DNA from: Macrostomum lignano
Taxonomy: Eukaryota
Direction: 5' to 3'
DNA length: 64,000 bases
Assembly (NCBI GenBank): GCA_002269645.1
Contig: NIVC01002256.1
Coordinates: 1 to 64,000 of the forward strand
The notes under the pieces: model-generated
Seen by the model: only the letters and a program-made list of their open reading frames with translations
Databases searched by the model: none
What the model was told of the DNA's origin: nothing
Program-made: the position numbers and the translations under genes
Shown: positions 36,801 through 44,979 of the stretch, in pieces
How the letters are laid out: each line of letters starts with the position of its first letter
Position numbering within the stretch: the first letter of the stretch is position 1

Positions 36801-37625
36801 CTTAGTTTTGAATTTAAGAATGAAAAATGCTAAAAATGTGACAACTGGCGTAATAGCTAAGCATATCAGTTTTAAATTTAAATATTGCGATTGTTGCAAA
36901 GTAACTGTAACGGACTTCCGAAATTTGAGTAACTTACCGTTACTCCGTTACCAAAATAGGAAAGTAACTTGCGTAAGGAACGCTTTACGAAAAAGTAACT
37001 TGCGTTACCATTTACAAGTTACTCGGTAACGGAAGTGCCCAACACTGTATAATAGACACACTTAGCTGTAATCTTCAAGAACTACAACCCGAATTTCCGA
37101 TCCCAAAGGTATCTGAAACGCTTCGAAAACAGTAGAGAAGACGAGCTACCAGCAGTTGTTCGCTCCGTTCGCTCCAAAGGACTCAGGCCTGGCGACTGCA
37201 CAACCATGATCGATCGCAAGTTTAAAGACGAGGAAAACTGTAGCGATGTTCAAGAGTTCATATCGCGTCATTTTCTGCGCGTTCAGGTGTACCCATTTAG
37301 CCTTAGCGTGGTGCACATCGCCGAGGAGAGAAGCTACTCGATTGTGGACCTATTCTCCCATCTGGGCGGCATCCTGGGCCTGTGGGTCGGCTCGTCAATT
37401 GTGTCGCTATTCGAACTACTTGAGCTGGTCACCTTCCTGTCGGCCAGTTCCCTGTCATTCAGCCTTAATAAGAGACTGCAAAAGTCTAATTCTGGAGCTG
37501 CTGTGTTGAGATACCCGGTTCCCAGCAAGAAGCCGCCAGCCGCTGCTGCTGCTGGCTTGTCACCGATGGCACCATCTGTACAGGTGTCGCTAGCTACTGA
37601 GTTCGATGAGGCTTCCGCAAATTGA
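33854..37625 (+). CDS. DEG/ENaC (amiloride-sensitive sodium channel family) subunit, about 740 aa from ATG 33854
   Basis: Exons 33854-35559 and 37109-37625 (GT...AAG intron, phase 2, in frame). Motifs: pre-TM1 HG (STFHGLW), TM1 LLWTLIVIATISCLWLHVY, YFKYP, FPSVTIC, YGNCFTF, GLSLIL and TM2 DLFSHLGGILGLWVGSSIVSLFE. A small upstream intron (33710-33783) suggests further 5' exons. Confidence 0.92.
35620..35785. repeat. 30-bp repeat (CCCAAGTCTTACAGTGGACACCCCGTTACC), about 5 units, in the ENaC intron
   Basis: Direct periodicity. Confidence 0.85.
35874..37047. mobile_element. Non-autonomous hAT element (1174 bp) in the ENaC intron
   Basis: TIRs are CAGTGTTGGGCA / TGCCCAACACTG. The 8-bp TSD TATAATAG is perfect at 35866-35873 and 37048-37055. 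Many subterminal GTAACT/AGTTAC motifs. Confidence 0.93.
36443..36617. mobile_element. Small GC-rich MITE nested in the hAT element
   Basis: Degenerate TIRs AGTGGTGTAGCCAGG / CCTGGCTACGTCGATCACTG with a near-TSD AGTGGACT / AGTGGATT. Related termini CCTGGCTACGCC occur near 3360 and 5110. Confidence 0.55.
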
Positions 37626-38529
37626 GGCAGGCTTTATAGACGACTAAATGTTTTGTCTCTTTACTGACTCAATAGCAGCTTAAAGCATCGTTTCAATTGT
37701 AAAAATGTTCATGCTGCATGCGAGCTAATGGTCATCCAAATTATAACCCTATAACAAATTATATTGCACCTGTCATTCTCAATGACCAAAGCTCGATCAA
37801 AATTAATTGAGTTTAGCGACAACAGAAGGTCACTTTAATTTTCGTTCTATGATTCAATCGTGTATAGATAACAGTTTACATATGAGTGGATGCGTTCCAG
37901 CTTTGAAAGGCTATTATGTACGAGCGTACATGTACACGTACGAGAGTTGTCCAAAAAGTTCAGTTTCTTTATTTCTCGGTTTTCACTTACGAATGCTCAT
38001 ATCTGCTGAATAAAATAACAAATAGCAGTGTATTTTTAAATAAAACGTTCAGTTACATGTAAATGACATAGAATAGATGTTGTTGGTCTTATTATCTGAT
38101 TAGAATATATTAAAACACATTTATCCTCGTGCATGTATATTTTAACCATACTACTACAGTAAAAGTAGTAGTAAAACTATCAAAAAGCTATAAACGTTTA
38201 GCGGCTAGTGATAGTGAAATTCTAACCAAGACGCTATGCTACATAATGTTGTAACATTGTACAATGTTGTACAGACGGTCTCTGACTGTTTTTACCCTGG
38301 CTGCCTCCTGGTAGCTTGTCTAAGGGTTGTGCGCAATCCGATTGGCCTGGCTTCGGCTAGCCCAATTTTCTAAGGGTCCGCCCCGGTGCCTATTCTAAAA
38401 ATAACCCTACTTTTTATTCCAATTTTTCGGCCCTCGGCCTTGGTTTAGGGGGGTGTACTGAGAGTGAGTGCGTACTCTGGACTGCAGTGTGGCTAGAACG
38501 GGACTTGAGCCCCCCGGTCGTACCCGCCC

Positions 38530-41500
38530 TGTTAGCACTGTGATGAACTTTTATTTATTAGAGAATGCACTTTGCTTAGTAGCCGTCAACGGCTGAGAAT
38601 CCTATTGATGTCTATGGACATTTGTACAGTTCAATTCGGTGGCTTAAAGAGTTGCCAAAATATAATTGAAAAGACCAAGCGTCTGCAGAGTTAAGCTAAA
38701 GGCTGAGACTCGATCAATTTTCTTACTCGTCCCAAAAAACGAACACTGGCGACGACGGCTGGTCTTATCGAGCCTCTGGAGACAGAAGCCCCAGCGGAAA
38801 TTGAGCGCTGGTTCCAACGCTTCGAAGCAGTTTCCAAGCTGAACAAGTGGGATGACACCGCTCAGAAGTTCGCCCTCATCGCACACCTCGGCAAGAAGGC
38901 CTTCGCACTGTTGGCGGATGCGCTATTGCCAGATAAGCCTGACGCCAAGACCTACGCTGATCTGAAAACTCAGCTGATCAAGGAGACGAAAGCGGCGAAA
39001 TCCGAGATTGCATACCGGTACGCGTTCCATCACCTCAAGCAGGACGACGGCGAAGACGTTTCTGCCTACGCAAGAAGGCTGCGACTGGGTTCGGAGAACT
39101 GCGGCTTTTCAACCGCCGAACTGAATGACCGCCTGCGGGACCAATTTATCTTCGGATTGTCGAACAAGGAGATCGTCAGAAAGTTGCTCACGGAGAAACT
39201 GAAAGATCTGACGTGGGAAAAAGTAACTACGGTGGCCAATGCATGCGAGGCCGTAAGTCGCGGCGAGAGACAAATCTCAGGAGGCGAAATTCTACATGTC
39301 AAGTCAGATCCTCCTTCGACATCGAAAGCCCACAAGCCAGCGTATCAGAAAAGCGACCAGAAGAACGGCCAATTGCGCCAAGTCAAGTGCTTCTGCTGCG
39401 GCAAGGAAGGACATACAAAGGACCAGTGCCACCACCGGACTAAGACATGCCTTCAGTGTGGTAAGGTTGGTCATCTCAAAGCAGTTTGCAGGTGCGGACC
39501 GAACAAAGGTGGACAACGGCCTTCAACGAGCAACAAATGGTCACAAGGAGGCGGACGGCATCCAAGGAGCAGAGTCAGAGCAATCGACGATGCAGCTGAT
39601 CAAGTCGGGCACATTTTCTCGATGATGACGCCGGAAGATGGTCGTGGAAGCAGAAGGATAACGCGACATGTAGTAGTCAATGGTACGAAAATCAAGATGC
39701 TACTGGACACCGGGTCGTGCTCAACGTTCGTGTCAAGCTCGGTGTTTCAAAGCCTACTCGAACCAGCAAATGTAAGGCCCACAAGCAGACGATTCGCTGC
39801 GTATCAAGGGGATCCAGTGCTAGTGAAAGGCGAAGCTATTGTGAACGCCAAGCTAAACTCAGTAAGTTCCGACCTAACTCTGTTTGTGGTGGACAACCCA
39901 AAAGCCGAATCTATCTATGGCCTAGATTGGATTGCTGCCCTTGAGCCAGACCTCTACACTTTTATTACAAAATGTACGGTGCCTGAGGAAGACGGCTCGA
40001 ATCCTACAACGGCGTGCTCTGTAAAAAGATTTTCTGTATCATTGGCCATTGAGGCGGGAGCAAAGCCCATCTTTTTTAAACCTCGGCAAATTCCATACGG
40101 GATTCAGGACGATGTCAAGGCCGAGTTGAAGAGAATGGAAGAGGCTGGACAGCTCCAGAAGGTGGAATCCATCGAGTGGGCTACACCCATTGTCTGTGTT
40201 CGAAAGCAGTCTGGAAAGGTTCGGATTTGTGGTGACTACAAGGTTACCCTCAACCCACTGCTGAAAGACATGGTGTCAACAACGCCCACAATTGACGAAG
40301 TTCTGTCAAAACTAGGCCGTGCCCGCCGATTCTCTACGTTGGACCTATCAAATGCGTACCTCCAAGTACCGGTGGATGAAGACAGCAGCGTGATGCTGAC
40401 GTGGAGCACTCCGTTCGGCTTATACAGGCCCACTGCATTGGCATATGGAGTAAAGCAAGCACCAGCAATTTTTCAGTCATTCATGGACAGGTTGCTTCTA
40501 AACATAGAAGGTGTCATTTCCTACCAAGATGACATTCTTGTGTGGGGTTTCAACCAACAGAGTCATGACAACAGACTGTCCAATGTGCTTCGAATTTTAA
40601 AGGAGAGTGGACTGAGCATTAACGAGGAGAAATGCACTTTTAACAAGCCATCTATCATGTTCCTGGGATATGAGATCAGTGAAAACGGCATTCGTCCACC
40701 ACCAAAGAAAGCCAAGGAGATTGCAGGATTAGAAGAGCCAAAGAATCTCAAGCAGCTGCAGTCATTTATCGGGATGGTCGATTTCTACGGACGGTGTATC
40801 AAGAATCTCGCGAGCCTGAAAGAACCTCTAACGAAACTGACCAGGTCAGGAACGAAGTGGGCATGGGGCCCAATCGAGCAGAGAGCCTTTCAGAGCATCA
40901 AGGACGAACTACACAATGCAGTCGCTCTCAAGCCTTTTGATCCATCAGATAAGATCGTTCTCACTACTGACGCGTCACCATCGGGACTTGGTGCAGTCCT
41001 CGAGCAGTCGTCCGGGCCCGTAATCACTTTGATGAGCTACGAATACGCCATTGAGTGCAAGAGATCTGCTGAGATTCCCGTGGCCGATGCCCTGTCAAGA
41101 CTGCAGAACAGCACGTCTGAAGGAGAGCAGTTTGACATTAGCTCAGTGCAGGACTGCCTACTAGATTTTCCAATCAACAAGGAGCGTTTGAGAAGACAAT
41201 CGAAAGAGGATTCAGAGCTCCGGAAGTTATTCGCTCAAGTCAAGTTTGGCTGGAATGCAGAAGGACTTCGAGAACTACAACAGTTTAGCCGATTCAGGGA
41301 CGAGTTAGTCATTGAGAATGGATTGCTGTACAGAGGTATTCGGCTGGTTGTACCAAAGCAGGAGCGTTCTGCAACTTTGCGATTGCTGCACGAAGGACAC
41401 ATCGGACCAGAAAAGATGAAATCCATAGCTAGACAATGCGTCTGGTGGCCTGAAGTAGATCGAGACATCGAAAAGTATGCGAAAGGATGTAGTTCGTGCC

Positions 41501-42558
41501 AGGAAAACAAGGATCATGGGGCCACCCGACAATGGACTTCGTGGCCGGATGAGACCGAATGCTGGTCAAGAGTTCACATGGACTACGCAGGGCCTATGAA
41601 GGGAGGAAACTACATGTTGGTACTGATTGATGCATTTAGTAAATGGGCTGAAGTTCACGTGACTAAGGGAACCACTTCATCTGAGACAATCAAGCGACTG
41701 CGAAGAACGTTCGCCCAAGAAGGCGTGCCCGTGACTATTGTTTCCGACAATGGACCTCAATTTGTATCGAAAGAAATGCAAGGTTGGTTAAAAGGAATCA
41801 ACTGCCGACATGTTCTCACACCACCGTATCATCCAAGGTCAAATGGACTGGCCGAGCGCTTTGTGAGAGATTTAAAAAATCACGTCCGAGCCGCTGAAGA
41901 AGACGACCTTCAGAGTTGCGTCGACCGGTTTCTGCTTCAATACCGGAACGCGAAACATTCTACGACCGGAAAATCGCCCTCTGAGCTGATGAGAGGTCAC
42001 CTACTTCGCACCCCTGCATTTTCTCTGGCACGTGAGCCAGTCTGGGTGAAAACCTACAACAACGAGATGACAAAGTGGAAGTCTGGCGAAGTGGTGGCAA
42101 CAGAGGGAAAGGTTGTGGTCGACGTTGAGCTGGAGGACGGAAGGCGTGGACGCTACCACCGTGAACAGACAAAGCCAAGGAGTTCCGGTTCCAATGACCT
42201 GGTGGAGATGGAGACTGAAGAACATGTGCACACGGATCAAGAGTCTGGTCTTCGGAGAAGTAATCGCCATCGGCAAGTACCAAGGCGACTTGAGTACCGC
42301 AAGCTTGGTGTACCTACCTAGCTGTTAACTAATGGGAAGGAGTGTTAGCACTGTGATGAACTTTTATTTATTAGAGAATGCACTTTGCTTAGTAGCCGTC
42401 AACGGCTGAGAATCCTATTGATGTCTATGGACATTTGTACAGTTCAATTCGGTGGCTTAAAGAGTTGCCAAAATATAATTGAAAAGACCAAGCGTCTGCA
42501 GAGTTAAGCTAAAGGCTGAGACTCGATCAATTTTCTTACTCGTCCCAAAAAACGAACA
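38530..42558 (+). mobile_element. Ty3/gypsy LTR retrotransposon, Mag-like, structurally full-length and very recent
   Basis: LTRs 38530-38745 and 42343-42558 (216 bp, TG...CA, no differences seen by eye). 5-bp TSD CGCCC. PBS TGGCGACGA (38747-38755), complementary to a tRNA-Ser(GCU)-type 3' end. PPT AATGGGAAGGAG (42331-42342). Confidence 0.97.
38746..42321 (+). CDS. Single-ORF Gag-Pol polyprotein (Gag with two CCHC knuckles, protease, RT, truncated RNase H, integrase); no AUG in gag
   Basis: The frame is open from 38707 (stop at 38704-38706) to 42321. Motifs: CFCCGKEGHTKDQC and CLQCGKVGHLKAVC; LLDTGS; RICGDYK, FSTLDLSNAYLQV, YQDDILV; DASPSGLGAVL; HHCC and DDE (VHMDYAG, SDNG, NGLAERF). The first in-frame ATG is at 39622. 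Confidence 0.95.
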   Translation: MATTAGLIEPLETEAPAEIERWFQRFEAVSKLNKWDDTAQKFALIAHLGKKAFALLADALLPDKPDAKTYADLKTQLIKETKAAKSEIAYRYAFHHLKQDDGEDVSAYARRLRLGSENCGFSTAELNDRLRDQFIFGLSNKEIVRKLLTEKLKDLTWEKVTTVANACEAVSRGERQISGGEILHVKSDPPSTSKAHKPAYQKSDQKNGQLRQVKCFCCGKEGHTKDQCHHRTKTCLQCGKVGHLKAVCRCGPNKGGQRPSTSNKWSQGGGRHPRSRVRAIDDAADQVGHIFSMMTPEDGRGSRRITRHVVVNGTKIKMLLDTGSCSTFVSSSVFQSLLEPANVRPTSRRFAAYQGDPVLVKGEAIVNAKLNSVSSDLTLFVVDNPKAESIYGLDWIAALEPDLYTFITKCTVPEEDGSNPTTACSVKRFSVSLAIEAGAKPIFFKPRQIPYGIQDDVKAELKRMEEAGQLQKVESIEWATPIVCVRKQSGKVRICGDYKVTLNPLLKDMVSTTPTIDEVLSKLGRARRFSTLDLSNAYLQVPVDEDSSVMLTWSTPFGLYRPTALAYGVKQAPAIFQSFMDRLLLNIEGVISYQDDILVWGFNQQSHDNRLSNVLRILKESGLSINEEKCTFNKPSIMFLGYEISENGIRPPPKKAKEIAGLEEPKNLKQLQSFIGMVDFYGRCIKNLASLKEPLTKLTRSGTKWAWGPIEQRAFQSIKDELHNAVALKPFDPSDKIVLTTDASPSGLGAVLEQSSGPVITLMSYEYAIECKRSAEIPVADALSRLQNSTSEGEQFDISSVQDCLLDFPINKERLRRQSKEDSELRKLFAQVKFGWNAEGLRELQQFSRFRDELVIENGLLYRGIRLVVPKQERSATLRLLHEGHIGPEKMKSIARQCVWWPEVDRDIEKYAKGCSSCQENKDHGATRQWTSWPDETECWSRVHMDYAGPMKGGNYMLVLIDAFSKWAEVHVTKGTTSSETIKRLRRTFAQEGVPVTIVSDNGPQFVSKEMQGWLKGINCRHVLTPPYHPRSNGLAERFVRDLKNHVRAAEEDDLQSCVDRFLLQYRNAKHSTTGKSPSELMRGHLLRTPAFSLAREPVWVKTYNNEMTKWKSGEVVATEGKVVVDVELEDGRRGRYHREQTKPRSSGSNDLVEMETEEHVHTDQESGLRRSNRHRQVPRRLEYRKLGVPT

Positions 42559-44979
42559 CGCCCTGCAGGAAAGAATGACCATTCACGAAGGTGTACGGTA
42601 GAGCCTAGTTGATGCCAGCCCTGAGGCTGAGCCCCGGGCAGCAGGTTAAGCAACAGGCCTGCTAGGTTAGGTTTAGGTGCTCCTCCTTTCTGCCATTCTT
42701 TTTTTCTGGGCTGGCATCCCAGCGCGGTTTTATCCCCTGTTTTTATCTGGCCATTAGTTGCCTCCAATTCTTCGGAGTTATGAGCTCTGCCCTCCCTGCC
42801 CGGTCCATCCTTCTCTGTCCTTGGTCCATCTACTGGCTCCTCTGGTTGTCTCCCTGCCTAAGTTCTGTCTCCCTCTCTGTCTCCCTCTCTGTCTCCCTCT
42901 GTCTCTGGCTCTCATCCTGACAGTGGATTGGTGTCCTGGGGAATGAGTTCGCCCGATTCGGGGATACCGGCTGAGTCCGGGTCCTCTTGCTCCTTGTGCC
43001 CCTTCCCAACCCCTTGGCCTGGCCTCCAATATTGAGCTGGATAGGCGATACCCTTGGGTTTGTAGCCGGTAGACGGTCTTCCTGCCTGGAGTCTCGCCCT
43101 CGGAAACAAGCCTTCCAGACTCGCTCCAATAATTAAGCCATTTCCGCAGACTTCGGGGTTTCCCCGCTCTCGGACCGCTTTTAGTAGTAAACCAAGCTTT
43201 TTTCGCTTTTTTCCAATTTTTTCTGCGCACTCCCGAGGACTTGTCTGCTGGGGGGTAGCCTGCGTGGACTCGGTCCTAGCACCGTCCCTGATTCCACTTT
43301 TTGGGTTGGCGTTGTCTTATACCGTAGGTTTGGGCTAGTAGCACCAATACACTATAGGTTCTCACCAGAGTCCTGAGCTCTGGTCCCAATTGTGGCCTCT
43401 CGGGCTACATGCCCCTGGCAGTATGGCCCAGTCAGATCCCTGCGGCAGAGCCCCCTTTCGGGCTGATCCGCGGTAAGCCCCTGGCTTTCCACCCCCGTTT
43501 AACAACATTGTATACAAGCATATATGCCTATGCACGAAATGCCCACCTTCAATGCCCACCGCTAGGCTCTTCTCTTTGTGTTTATGCTACTTTGTTATAA
43601 TATCTAGGTGTGCTCTTAACTTGCAGGCAACTGAGGTCGTATTGTAGCATTCAGCACCACTGTAGCAGATAGTTCGTGGTTCAATTATGGCTCGTTGAAA
43701 TTCAGTTTAAGAGAGAAAAATGCTAGGCTGAATGTTACTCACACCTGCTTGGGCTTGCTGGGTTTGGGCCAACTGATGAAATGTCATAAGTCATTGTACA
43801 GCGCGTGTCTGTTTTTGTAAGCTAATTAACCCCAAATTCAATGGAATTTTTACCTACAGTATCGCGTATTCCGATATCGATACATTAAGCAATTTTTGTA
43901 GTCAGCTCTTGTAGCACTAGCTCAAAACCAGGAGAGCGCCAGCGCCAAGGGGAATTTCCTATCGAACACCATTTTCATTTGATCATTTTATTTTTTTTCG
44001 GATTTTAAAAATGATACTAAATAACCCCATTCAAAGGCTACTGTTGGATAAAAGTATCCATTCAGAGTCAAATGAGTGAGCGTTTACTTTGATTTTGCTC
44101 TTAACTCCAATAAAAATTACACAGATAAGGGCCGGCTTGCCCCCCCCCCACCCGGGAAAAAGTCTTGAATCCGCCGCTAAGTTGACCCAAAAATAGTCCT
44201 GGTCCTGGATGATAAGTCTATTTTAGAAGTCCCCGCCTGGACCTGGACGTCCTCTCCTCTTCCTCCCTTGACCCGGGTCCCAGACTCCCAGGGGTTGCCT
44301 ATTGGCTGAGGGGGGTTAAATGACAAAAGAATGGTTGGGACTTGGGAGCTCGCTCCATTTGCGGCATGCGTGCAACATCAGTGAGTGAACCCTAGTGGAA
44401 ATTTTCCAGTTCAAAGTCCTCTCCGTCACGTGTTTTTCACGCCCAACCCCCCATTTTTTAATTCGTGCTAGGCCAGCCGGGGCCAACCCTGGAAACTTCT
44501 TGCCAAACGAATGTACATTGTCTATGTACGTTTGGCCGCTCTTCTCTCCCCCTTGTCTTATTTTACTTACCACGAAGAGCGCGCAGCGGCCGCGCGGCCC
44601 GAACCCCGTACACTTTAGGTCCAGACAGCGTATTCAAGACAAATAGCTGGGCTGGGGTTTCCTAAAAAACCTCCGATTCCTTTCCTCCCCACGCCAAGTC
44701 CTCCTCCACTCAGCCAAGGCGTGCCTGGAGTGGCCATCTTATAATCTTATATAGACATAAACAAATTCATTTTTGCCTACTATATATAGACCAATCTTTA
44801 ATTTCATTCGATTGACAGCTTTAAAACTGCGGCCGCCAAGACTCAGCTTAGAGCCATAGCCAACTTTACAATTTTTCTTGTCTACGTTGACTCGTTGAGC
44901 CAAAGTTTCAAGGTTCAAGGCGAGTAAATAAAAAAGATCGAAGAAGTCTAAGAAGAGCAATGAAAGCTCTGGCATCTAG

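Noticed and set aside
42778-43230. 150-aa Arg/Gly-rich minus-strand ORF
   Set aside because: Starts at GTG, is partly a short AGAGGGAGAC repeat and has no domain. It lies inside the unclassified host element.
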